Part shown: positions 19,212 through 27,842 of the stretch, piece after piece
Position numbering within the stretch: position 1 is the stretch's first letter
How the letters are laid out: each line of letters begins with the position of its first letter
Assembly: GCA_017521025.1 (NCBI GenBank)
Contig: JAFXEB010000002.1
Location: 20,232-84,231, forward strand
DNA: 64,000 bases
Reading direction: 5' to 3'
From: Clostridia bacterium
Lineage (GTDB): Bacteria; Bacillota; Clostridia; Oscillospirales; CAG-382
The notes under the pieces: model-generated
Database searches by the model: none
What the model was told of the DNA's origin: nothing
What the model saw: the letters and a program-made list of their open reading frames with translations, nothing else
Made by a program: the position numbers and the translations under genes

Positions 19212-20156
19212 ATGTTTTCAGGCGTATTAGCAGGCATAACCTGGGCGGTGGAAACCGTAGTTCTGGGCATAGCTCTGGCTATGAGTCCCTTCTGCTCTAC
19301 CGAGCAGGCTATCTTTCTTGCACCCTTTGTAAGCACCTTTTTGCACGATTTTTGCTCCGCACTGTGGGCAACCATATATAACGCCGTAAAGGGCAATACC
19401 AAAAACGTTTGGCGTGCTCTCAAGACCAAAAGCGGTAAATGGGTCGTTGCGGCGGCAGTCATCGGCGGTCCCGTGGGTATGACGGGCTATGTGCTTGCAG
19501 TTAACTATATGGGCGCATCCATAGGCGCTGTGGCAAGCGCTATTTTCCCCGCTATCGGCTCTATTCTCGCATACATCTTCCTTAAAGAGCGGATGAAGTG
19601 GTATCAGTGGATATTCCTTGTATTCACTTTGCTGGGTGTTTACGGCCTTAGCTATTCTCCCGACCTTAATATCGAAAACTTCTGGCTCGGTCTTTTGGGT
19701 GCGGCTATGTGCGCCTTTGGCTGGGGCATCGAGGCTGTTGTCCTTGCAAAATGCCTTACCGACCCCGAGGTTACCGATGAGTACGCTCTGCAGATACGTC
19801 AGACCACCTCTGCCATCGTTTACGGCGCAATCATACTGCCCGTGCTCGGCGGCTGGGGCTTTACCGTTGACCTGTTCACCGCAGGTACAGGCTGGCTCCT
19901 CCCCACCATCGCTATAGCGGGTCTCTTTGCTACCGTGTCCTATCTCTTCTATTACAAGGCAATAGCAAAGATAGGCGCATCCAAGGCTATGGCGCTCAAC
20001 GTTACATACTGCGCTTGGGCTATCCTCTTTACGGTGCTCATTTTGGGCGACACCTCCGTGCTTACTCCCACTACTATTATCTGTGCTATCGTGGTTCTGG
20101 TTTGCGGTATCTTTGCGGCGGCAGACTTTAAGGAGATACTCGGTAAAAAGAAATAG
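19212..20156 (+). CDS. licB: DMT/EamA-family transporter, LicB-like choline permease
   Basis: About 10 TMs, GGPVGMTGY motif, position after licCA. Confidence 0.8.
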   Translation: MFSGVLAGITWAVETVVLGIALAMSPFCSTEQAIFLAPFVSTFLHDFCSALWATIYNAVKGNTKNVWRALKTKSGKWVVAAAVIGGPVGMTGYVLAVNYMGASIGAVASAIFPAIGSILAYIFLKERMKWYQWIFLVFTLLGVYGLSYSPDLNIENFWLGLLGAAMCAFGWGIEAVVLAKCLTDPEVTDEYALQIRQTTSAIVYGAIILPVLGGWGFTVDLFTAGTGWLLPTIAIAGLFATVSYLFYYKAIAKIGASKAMALNVTYCAWAILFTVLILGDTSVLTPTTIICAIVVLVCGIFAAADFKEILGKKK

Positions 20157-20167
20157 TCGCCTTGCTA

Positions 20168-20196
20168 TTGCGTAAAGGCTGATATTGTGCTATGAT
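20168..20196 (+). promoter_or_regulatory. Possible internal sigmaA promoter before the CPBP/TagF/YidC-fusion genes
   Basis: TTGCGT-17 bp-TATGAT with extended TG; hairpin aggcggcg...cgccgcct downstream. Confidence 0.45.
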
Positions 20197-20272
20197 TGAT
20201 AGGCGGCGTCCTTACATTAAGGTGCGCCGCCTTACGGATTTTAAAATAAAGGCTGAGAAACGGTATCCTTAT

Positions 20273-20932
20273 ATGATATTCTTTTTCATTATACTGTACG
20301 GTCTGCTGCTCGGTGCAGGCGACTTGCTTGCCCATCTGTCACCTATAGTCCCTCTGCTCACCGCCCTTGGGGTGCTGGTGTATTGCCGCCTTATGCTTGC
20401 GTGGGTAAAGCGCAGCGGTCAGGGTGCAGAGATAGGGCTCGTCCTACCTGATATAAAGGGTGCGGGAGACTGCGCTTTGCTTTTGCCGTTGCTGCTCTTG
20501 CCCGTGCTTAACGTTTTCCTTTTCGGGCTTACGTTGCCCACCCTTTCCTCGGTGCTCCTTATGTTTGGCGTTTCCGTGGCAGAGGAGGTGTTTTTCCGTG
20601 GTTTTCTTCTCCGTTTTCTCGGCTCTCTTGGCAGATACGGTGCGCCCCTTATGGCATCGTTCTTTTTCGGACTTTTCCATTTCATAAACCTTGCGGGCGG
20701 TGCCGACCCCGTATATACCGTGCTGCAGGCGTTCTGTGCCTTCGGGACAGGGCTCGCCTTTTGCGGTGTCAGACGCAGGTTAAAGAGCCTTGTGCCCTCC
20801 ATCGCCGCTCATTTTCTGATAAACCTTACAGGCGCCGCTTCTTCGGTATCTGCGGCGGTATCCGGTTCCTTGCTTATCTGCGGCGGCATTATGGCGGTCT
20901 ACGGACTGTGGCTCTGCGGTGAAAAACAGTAA
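20273..20932 (+). CDS. CPBP (Abi/CAAX) family intramembrane metalloprotease
   Basis: EEVFFRG, FGLFH, AAHFLIN. Start moved to 20273 because ATG 20192 overlaps the -10 box. Confidence 0.85.
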   Translation: MIFFFIILYGLLLGAGDLLAHLSPIVPLLTALGVLVYCRLMLAWVKRSGQGAEIGLVLPDIKGAGDCALLLPLLLLPVLNVFLFGLTLPTLSSVLLMFGVSVAEEVFFRGFLLRFLGSLGRYGAPLMASFFFGLFHFINLAGGADPVYTVLQAFCAFGTGLAFCGVRRRLKSLVPSIAAHFLINLTGAASSVSAAVSGSLLICGGIMAVYGLWLCGEKQ

Positions 20933-20947
20933 AACAGGAGTGTTTTT

Positions 20948-22183
20948 ATGAAGCTTTATATCGACCCCGGTACGGGGAGTATGCTCTTTACCATTCTCAT
21001 AGGCGTTCTCGGCGCCGCCTTCTATTCTCTGCGTATGCTTTTCGTCAAGCTAAAGTTCAAGATAAGCGGCGGTAAGGCAAAGGCTATGGATACCACCATC
21101 CCCTTCGCCGTGTTCTCGGATGACAAGCGTTATTTCAAGATCTTTGAGCCCGTACTGCGTGAGCTTGGTCGCAGGGGTAAGGAGGTCGTGTATATGACCG
21201 CCTCCGAGGATGACCCCGCCTTCCGCTGTGATATCCCCGGCGTGAGGGCAGAGTTCATAGGTAAGGGCAACAAGGCGTTTTCAAAGCTGAATTTCCTTAA
21301 CGCTACCGTGCTGCTCTCCACCACCCCCGGTCTTGACGTTTATCAGTGGAAACGCTCCAAGGGCGTTAAGTATTACGTTCACATACCCCACGCCGCCAGC
21401 GAGATAGTGCTTTACAGGATGTTCGGCATCGACTATTACGATGCGGTGCTCCTCTCCGGCGATTATCAGGAGAAGGATATCAGAGACCTTGAGGTGATGC
21501 GCAAGCTTCCTGAAAAGGAGCTTTACAAGATAGGCATCCCCTATATGGATGAGATGGCGGCAAGGCTTGAGCGTGAGGGCACAGGGGCAGCGCACCCTCT
21601 TACCGTGCTTCTTGCTCCCTCCTGGGGCAGCAGTGCCATATTCAGCGTTTACGGCGGCAGGATACTTGATGTACTGCTAAAAACGGGCTACCACGTTATA
21701 GTCCGCCCCCATCCTCAGTCCTTCGCTTCCGAGACCGAGCTTATTGAGGGGCTTATGAAAAAATATCCCCCCTCCGAAAAGCTTGAGTGGAACAGAGATA
21801 CCGATAATTTTGACGTGCTTCGCCGCTCAGACATACTTATATCCGACTTTTCGGGCGTTATCTTTGATTTTGCCCTGATATATGACAAGCCTATAATCTA
21901 TACCGACCCCCGTTTTGACCTCGGTCCTTACGATGCGTGGTGGCTTGACAGACCCCTTTGGACTGCCTCCGCCCTGCCCAGATTGGGTATGCAGCTTACG
22001 GAGGAGAATATGGAGGGACTCGGCGAGCTTGTTGACCGCTGTCTCAGCGACCCACGCTACAGCGAGGGCAGGCGTCAGGTTAAGGATGAAACATGGGCAT
22101 ACTTCGGCGAGGGAGCCGCAAGAGCGGCTGATTACCTCATAAATAAGTATGACGAGCTTCAAAAGGTGAAAGAGGAAAAGTGA
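20948..22183 (+). CDS. CDP-glycerol glycerophosphotransferase (TagF/TagB) family protein with N-terminal TM
   Basis: HIPHA, LLAPSWG, RPHPQ, ILISDFSGVIFDF; N-terminal YIDPGTGS plus TM; SD aggag. Confidence 0.85.
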   Translation: MKLYIDPGTGSMLFTILIGVLGAAFYSLRMLFVKLKFKISGGKAKAMDTTIPFAVFSDDKRYFKIFEPVLRELGRRGKEVVYMTASEDDPAFRCDIPGVRAEFIGKGNKAFSKLNFLNATVLLSTTPGLDVYQWKRSKGVKYYVHIPHAASEIVLYRMFGIDYYDAVLLSGDYQEKDIRDLEVMRKLPEKELYKIGIPYMDEMAARLEREGTGAAHPLTVLLAPSWGSSAIFSVYGGRILDVLLKTGYHVIVRPHPQSFASETELIEGLMKKYPPSEKLEWNRDTDNFDVLRRSDILISDFSGVIFDFALIYDKPIIYTDPRFDLGPYDAWWLDRPLWTASALPRLGMQLTEENMEGLGELVDRCLSDPRYSEGRRQVKDETWAYFGEGAARAADYLINKYDELQKVKEEK

Positions 22184-22184
22184 T

Positions 22185-24995
22185 ATGTCGTTTTTTGAGA
22201 TCCTTGGTAACGTGCTCATAGGACCGTTAAAGCTGGTTTTTGAGCTTATATACGGTGCCGCATATAGGTTTGTTGACCATCCCGGCATCGCTATCATATT
22301 TTTAAGCCTTGTTATGAACATCCTTGTATTGCCTCTTTACAGGCGTGCTGACGCTATGCAGGAGGAGGCGAGGGATACCGAGGCGAGACTGCGCCCCGGT
22401 GTAGAGCATATCAAAAAGACCTTCTCCGGTGACGAGCGCATGATGATAATGCAGGCGTACTACCGTCAGGAGGGCTATAAGCCCACCAGTGGTCTTAAAG
22501 GCTCTGTGTCCCTGCTGCTTGAGATACCCTTCTTTATGGCGGCGTATCAGTTTTTGTCAAGCCTCAGTATATTGAACGGCGTGCCCTTCGGCCCTATCGC
22601 CGATCTGGGCAAGCCTGACGGCCTTTTGGTTATCGGCTCTCTCAGCATAAACCTTTTGCCCGTGCTGATGACCCTTATCAACTGCGTGTCCAGCTATCTG
22701 TATCTGAAGGGCTTTCCCCTTAAGACAAAGATACAGCTTTACGCTATGGCGTTGTTTTTCCTTGTGTTCCTTTATACGTCTCCCTCGGCGCTTGTATTTT
22801 ACTGGACGCTGAACAATCTGTTCTCCCTTGTAAAGACCATATTCTATAAGCTTAAAAACCCTATGGCGGTCATCCGTATAATTACCTCTGTGGCAGGTCT
22901 TGCGCTGATCGCCTACGGTGCGCTGTCGGATATAGGTATCAACAACAGCATAATTATTATGGCGATAGGTCTGGGACTTGAGATTCCTCTTCTCGGCCGT
23001 ATCCTCGACAAGAAAAACGAAGGCAAAGCGGAGGCAGACAGTGAAAAGCAGACCGAAAAGGCAAAGGCGGTAAAGGCATCTTCAAAGCCTGATAAAAAGC
23101 TGTTTGTGCTTGGCTCTCTTTTCCTGACCCTGCTTGTAGGCGTGCTTATACCCTCGGCGTATATCGCCGCATCTCCACAGGAGTTTGTGGATATGGGTTA
23201 TTACCACAACCCTCTCTGGTACGTGGTCAGCGCCCTCTGCCTTGCCGCAGGTACCTTTATGGTCTGGGTAAGGGTGTTCTATTGGCTGGCAAGCGATAGT
23301 GCAAAGCGTGTGTTTGAAAAGCTTGTCTGGGTGCTTTGCGGCGTTGCCTTCATAAACTATATGTTTTTCGGCACAGGTCTTGGCGTTATCTCCTCTACTC
23401 TGAAGTATGAGGAGGGTATGCACTTTTCCGTGTCCGAGCAGGTGCTCAACGCTGTTGCGGTGATAGCTCTTGCGGCAGTGATGCTTCTGGTCATCTCTAA
23501 GTGGAGGCGTGTTGTGTCCTCGGTGCTTGCCCTTGCCATAGTCGCCTCTGTAGGTATGTCTGTATGGAATGTAGTGGGCATCAAGAGCGACGTGGACGAG
23601 ATACACCTTGGCTCTGACTCCTCCTCGGGTGCGCCTTTATATACCCTCAGCGAGGACGGCAAAAACGTAGTGGTCATAATGCTCGACCGTGCTATGGGTG
23701 AGTACGTGCCCTTTATGTTTGCCGAAAAACCCGAGCTTGCCGATATGTTCGCAGGCTTTACCTATTACGATAACGTGGTTTCCTTCGGCGGCTTCACAAA
23801 TATGGGCGTACCTGCTCTCCTCGGCGGCTACGAGTATACGCCCGTTGAAATGAATAAGAGGGCAGAGGAGGCGTTGGTCTCCAAGCATAACGAGGCGCTT
23901 AAGGTCATGCCCACGCTCTTTGCCGACAGTGGCTATGACGTTACGGTTTGTGACCCCACCTACGCCAACTATAAGTGGATACCCGACCTTTCAATATTCG
24001 ATGACAACCCCGATATAAAGACCTATATCACCAAGGGCAAGTTCGGCGACCCCGAGCAGAAAAAGGCTGTTGTCTCCAACAACCGCCGCAACTTTTTCCT
24101 GTTCAGCCTTATGAAATCCCTGCCCCTGATGCTACAGCGCTCTATGTATAACGGCGGCAGGTATAACCAGTTGGTGTATGAAGACGGCGTTGTCAGCTAT
24201 GGCACTCAGGCTCTTGAGAGCACCTCCAAGGCGCAGGGGATGTCTGTCAGCTTTATGGACCCCTATAACGTGCTGGCGAGTATGTCCTATATAACCGATA
24301 CCACCAAGGGCAAGGGCAGCTTTATCTTCCTTTCCAACGATGCCTGCCACGAGCCGATGCTTTTGCAGACCCCCGATTACGTGCCTGCCGAGAAGGTGGA
24401 TAACACCGTGTACGAGGCAGAGCGTGGCGGCAGCGTGAAGCTTGGTGACAGAGAGCTGCTTGTGGATACCGACGTGCGTATGATACACTATCACGCTAAT
24501 ATGGCGTCCTTCCTTCAGCTTGGCAAGTGGTTCGATACTCTGCGTGAAAAGGGCGTTTACGATAATACAAGGATAATTCTCGTGTCTGACCACGGCAGAT
24601 ACCTGGGGCAGACCAAGGAGCTTGTTATGGATAACGGCTCTGACAAATACAAGAACGCATCTATGTATTTCCCCCTGCTTATGGTCAAGGATTTCGACAG
24701 CAAGACCTTTACCACCTCCCACGAGTTTATGACCAACGCAGACGTGCCTACCCTTGCTACCGCAGGGCTTATCGATTCCCCCGTGAACCCCTTTACGGGC
24801 AAGGCGATAAACAGCAGTGAAAAAACTGCCCACGAGCAGTTTATTTCCCTCTCGGGTCAGTGGGACGTTAAGATAAATAACGGCAACACCTTTATGGAGG
24901 GTAAATGGGCAAGCGTGAAGGACGATATCTGGGTAAAGGATAACTGGACCTTCTATAGCGGCAAGACCGTGCTTGACGAGCATAAGGCACCCTAA
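22185..24995 (+). CDS. Fusion of a YidC/Oxa1-like domain, extra TMs and a C-terminal LtaS/sulfatase-like (alkaline phosphatase superfamily) domain
   Basis: YidC-like GIAIIFLSLVMNILVLPL, LLEIPFF, PSALVFYWTLNNLFS. C-terminal NVVVIMLD, GFTN, CHEP, ILVSDHG, NADVPT. Confidence 0.82.
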   Translation: MSFFEILGNVLIGPLKLVFELIYGAAYRFVDHPGIAIIFLSLVMNILVLPLYRRADAMQEEARDTEARLRPGVEHIKKTFSGDERMMIMQAYYRQEGYKPTSGLKGSVSLLLEIPFFMAAYQFLSSLSILNGVPFGPIADLGKPDGLLVIGSLSINLLPVLMTLINCVSSYLYLKGFPLKTKIQLYAMALFFLVFLYTSPSALVFYWTLNNLFSLVKTIFYKLKNPMAVIRIITSVAGLALIAYGALSDIGINNSIIIMAIGLGLEIPLLGRILDKKNEGKAEADSEKQTEKAKAVKASSKPDKKLFVLGSLFLTLLVGVLIPSAYIAASPQEFVDMGYYHNPLWYVVSALCLAAGTFMVWVRVFYWLASDSAKRVFEKLVWVLCGVAFINYMFFGTGLGVISSTLKYEEGMHFSVSEQVLNAVAVIALAAVMLLVISKWRRVVSSVLALAIVASVGMSVWNVVGIKSDVDEIHLGSDSSSGAPLYTLSEDGKNVVVIMLDRAMGEYVPFMFAEKPELADMFAGFTYYDNVVSFGGFTNMGVPALLGGYEYTPVEMNKRAEEALVSKHNEALKVMPTLFADSGYDVTVCDPTYANYKWIPDLSIFDDNPDIKTYITKGKFGDPEQKKAVVSNNRRNFFLFSLMKSLPLMLQRSMYNGGRYNQLVYEDGVVSYGTQALESTSKAQGMSVSFMDPYNVLASMSYITDTTKGKGSFIFLSNDACHEPMLLQTPDYVPAEKVDNTVYEAERGGSVKLGDRELLVDTDVRMIHYHANMASFLQLGKWFDTLREKGVYDNTRIILVSDHGRYLGQTKELVMDNGSDKYKNASMYFPLLMVKDFDSKTFTTSHEFMTNADVPTLATAGLIDSPVNPFTGKAINSSEKTAHEQFISLSGQWDVKINNGNTFMEGKWASVKDDIWVKDNWTFYSGKTVLDEHKAP

Positions 24996-25017
24996 GACAA
25001 TACGAAATACAAAAAGG

Positions 25018-25047
25018 AGGGCAGAGAAGCGGTTTCTCTGCCCTTTA
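25018..25047. terminator. Terminator between convergent genes
   Basis: agggcagagaa-gcggt-ttctctgccct. Confidence 0.7.
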
Positions 25048-25058
25048 ACATTCTGTTT

Positions 25059-25547
25059 TTACAGCTCAATATAGTAGGGACAAATATCCTCGTATCTGCC
25101 GTCATCAAGCCTGAAGCCACGGGGTATCACGCCAAGAGGTACAAAGCCAAGCCGCTCATAAAGCCGCCTTGCCCTTTGGTTTGACGCTACCACCGCATTG
25201 AATTGCAGTATGGTAAAGCCGCAGTCCTTGCCCCTTTTCAGACAGTCACGCACAAGCCTCTCGCCTATTCCGCCGCCTCTGTGGGCAGAGGCTACGGCAT
25301 AGCTTGCGTTGCAGATGTGGCCGCAGCGCCCCACGTTGTTTGGGTGCAGGATATAAAGCCCCAGCACCTGACCGCTGTCGCCGTCGAGGGCAACACAGCT
25401 ACAGGTCTGCTCCTTGAAAAAGGCTCTGCCACTTTCTTTGTCAAGCGGCTCTGTTTGCGGAAAGGCAAGCCCCTCCCTCACTACCTCGTTCCATATCTCC
25501 ACCATGCTGTCAAGGTGCTTCTCCTCATAGGGTATGACCGATATCAT
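25059..25547 (-). CDS. GNAT family N-acetyltransferase
   Basis: Start MISVIPYEE overlaps the upstream stop (ATGA); NASYAV..HRGGGIG, FNAVVASN..A..LYERLGF. Confidence 0.88.
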   Translation of the reverse strand: MISVIPYEEKHLDSMVEIWNEVVREGLAFPQTEPLDKESGRAFFKEQTCSCVALDGDSGQVLGLYILHPNNVGRCGHICNASYAVASAHRGGGIGERLVRDCLKRGKDCGFTILQFNAVVASNQRARRLYERLGFVPLGVIPRGFRLDDGRYEDICPYYIEL

Positions 25548-27316
25548 CCTTGTATGCTCTCCCTTTTCTTTGTCACTGCGGCAAGACCTGCGGCAGCCAG
25601 TACCCCAAGGATGCACCATACGGCTATGCCACCGTCCCCTGTGGGAGGCGTGGTGCCCTCGGCAGGTGCTTTATCCACTACGGTCATCCTGCCCTCACCC
25701 TCGGGCTTGCCGTACTGCTCTTCGCTGATAAGACCGCCAAGGGTCTCGGTAAAGTATGCGATAAGCATCTCTGCGTCGGTACTTAGACCTTCTTTTTCTA
25801 CTATTTCGCACTCTTTCAGCATAGTATAGTCACTGAGCAAAAGCATATATTCACTGCCCGCCAGTGTGTATACGGCATCCTCGTCTATGGGCACACCGCC
25901 AACCTTAACGTTCCTTACACGTCTGGGCGCACCCTCCTTTACGGAAACAAAGGTGCCGTAGCCGTCCACTACCACAGGGCTCTCCACATAGGTGTGCACC
26001 TCAAAGCTCAGACCTGCTGTGTGAGGGAAGCTGCCGTGAGCTACGGGCATAAGCGATACACCAAACTCCAAGGCGTCAAGTATCTGTCTGCCCCTTGCCT
26101 TTATAACACACATGGCGTTGGACCAAGGGTTCACGTTCATCAGGTCGGTGCGTGTGATATCGCCTGCCTTCAGCTCCGCACGGACGCCACCGCCGTTTAC
26201 CATGGCGATATCAGCCCCCGTGATGCTCTTGTATGCGTCTGCAACAAAGTTGCCAAGGTTGGTCTCGCCTGCTCTTATTATCCAGTTGCCCTGAGCATCG
26301 TTCTCGGTAAGCAATACCTCAGAGCTGCCTATGACCTCGTACAGATACTCGTGCTTGGCGTTGTAGCCGTCGATTATGTCCTTTACGTTGCCGTGTGCCT
26401 TCTTTGCGCCGTCGGACAGACTGCCGATGTCGATGTCCTCGGGCTTTATAAGCTCTGTTGTGATGCTGCCGTCACTGCCTATGGTGAGCTTGCCAAAATA
26501 CTCAAGCTTTGTGCCGGTGGAGGAGAGGGCAACGTCCTCACCGCCATCGTTTTTGTAGTCTGCGCTCTCGATTACCTCGTGAGCATGAGCGTCAAGAAAA
26601 GCGTCTATGCCGTGGGTGTTTGCAATAAGGTCGGTAGAGCGCCAGCCCTCGGTAACGGCGGCGATGCCCAAGTGACCTATTGCAATGACTGTTTCCGCTC
26701 CCTTGGCTATAGCCTCGTCAACAGCGGACTGCACCGTGGCGTAAAGCTCGTCTGCAGAGAAACCGTATATGTAGTTGCCGTTTTCGTCCTGAAAATAGGT
26801 GGGCGTGGTCTTTGTATAGGTCTCGGGCGTGGCAATACCCACAAAGGCGATCTTCTTGCCGTCTGCCTCTGCTATTGCGTAGGGGGCAAAAACCAGCCTG
26901 TCCTCAGGTATGTAACGGAAATTTGCGCAGAGGTATTCGTACTCCGCCTTCTCGGCAAGCGCCATAAGACCGTCTACCGTATAGTCAAACTCATGGTTGC
27001 CTATGGCGGCATAATCATAACCCACTGCGTTCATTATCTCAACAATGGCACCACCCTCGGTAAGCGCACCTATTACCTCGCCCTGCACGGCGTCACCTGC
27101 ATCAACGGTGAACACCCTGTGCCCCTGCTCTATAAGCGAGGCTCTGTACGCCGCAAGTATGGGATAGCCGTCAGTGCCGCAGTGTACGTCGTTGGTGTAC
27201 AGCACGATAATGTCGCCCTCTGCCCCCTCTGCGTGTACTGCAGATACCGAGGCACAGCCAAGAAGTATAATGGCTGTCAGTATAGCAGATAAAAGTTTGA
27301 GACTTGTCTTTTTCAC
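25544..27316 (-). CDS. Cell-wall-anchored 5'-nucleotidase / UDP-sugar hydrolase
   Basis: GTG start after aggaggt; signal peptide; TNDVH, DAGD, GNHEFD, GH; NGGGVRA C-domain; PPTGD + TM + KKR sortase signal. Confidence 0.9.
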   Translation of the reverse strand: MKKTSLKLLSAILTAIILLGCASVSAVHAEGAEGDIIVLYTNDVHCGTDGYPILAAYRASLIEQGHRVFTVDAGDAVQGEVIGALTEGGAIVEIMNAVGYDYAAIGNHEFDYTVDGLMALAEKAEYEYLCANFRYIPEDRLVFAPYAIAEADGKKIAFVGIATPETYTKTTPTYFQDENGNYIYGFSADELYATVQSAVDEAIAKGAETVIAIGHLGIAAVTEGWRSTDLIANTHGIDAFLDAHAHEVIESADYKNDGGEDVALSSTGTKLEYFGKLTIGSDGSITTELIKPEDIDIGSLSDGAKKAHGNVKDIIDGYNAKHEYLYEVIGSSEVLLTENDAQGNWIIRAGETNLGNFVADAYKSITGADIAMVNGGGVRAELKAGDITRTDLMNVNPWSNAMCVIKARGRQILDALEFGVSLMPVAHGSFPHTAGLSFEVHTYVESPVVVDGYGTFVSVKEGAPRRVRNVKVGGVPIDEDAVYTLAGSEYMLLLSDYTMLKECEIVEKEGLSTDAEMLIAYFTETLGGLISEEQYGKPEGEGRMTVVDKAPAEGTTPPTGDGGIAVWCILGVLAAAGLAAVTKKRESIQG

Positions 27317-27483
27317 GGTAAGTACCTCCTTTTATGACAATTATCACTATAACCATTATAAAGCTCATACCGCTAAAATGCAATACTAATTAATTGTGTG
27401 AAAAATTTTAAAAAAATAGTGCAATTATTCGCAAGATATGCTATAATGTATACGGATAAACGCAATAAGGGGGGTAATATGCC

Positions 27484-27780
27484 TTGCGGTGCGCTGACGA
27501 GGGCAAGGGCTTTGTCTTAAGCCTGCTTTTCAATATGCTTCTCAATCTGCACGGGGCTTTGCCTGCGGTGGTATTGCTGGTGCTCCATTTTGTGCTGGGT
27601 TGGTCGCCCTATTGGGCGCTTATCGCCTTTGTGCTGTGGCTTGGCCGCATAGTTGTCTGGATGGTGCTTGTGCGACTTGCGAGCCGTGCGGGGAACAGCA
27701 GGGTCTATACCGAAAACAAAAACCCTTATTCCAAAAAGAAGGATGAAAGGGAGAACAAAAACCCTTATTCCGCAAAATAA
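27484..27780 (+). CDS. Small membrane protein with a duplicated ENKNPYS tail
   Basis: TTG start, two to three hydrophobic segments, TATAAT at 27442-27447. Confidence 0.6.
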   Translation: MRCADEGKGFVLSLLFNMLLNLHGALPAVVLLVLHFVLGWSPYWALIAFVLWLGRIVVWMVLVRLASRAGNSRVYTENKNPYSKKKDERENKNPYSAK

Positions 27781-27842
27781 GGGCGTATATCACAGCTTAT
27801 TAAAACAAAAAATACATTTTGATTAAAGAAAGGAAAAAAGTT

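Noticed and set aside
22185-22850. Calling this gene the housekeeping yidC
   Set aside because: The protein is 936 aa with a fused catalytic domain, lacks the conserved Arg and is not in the rnpA/jag context.
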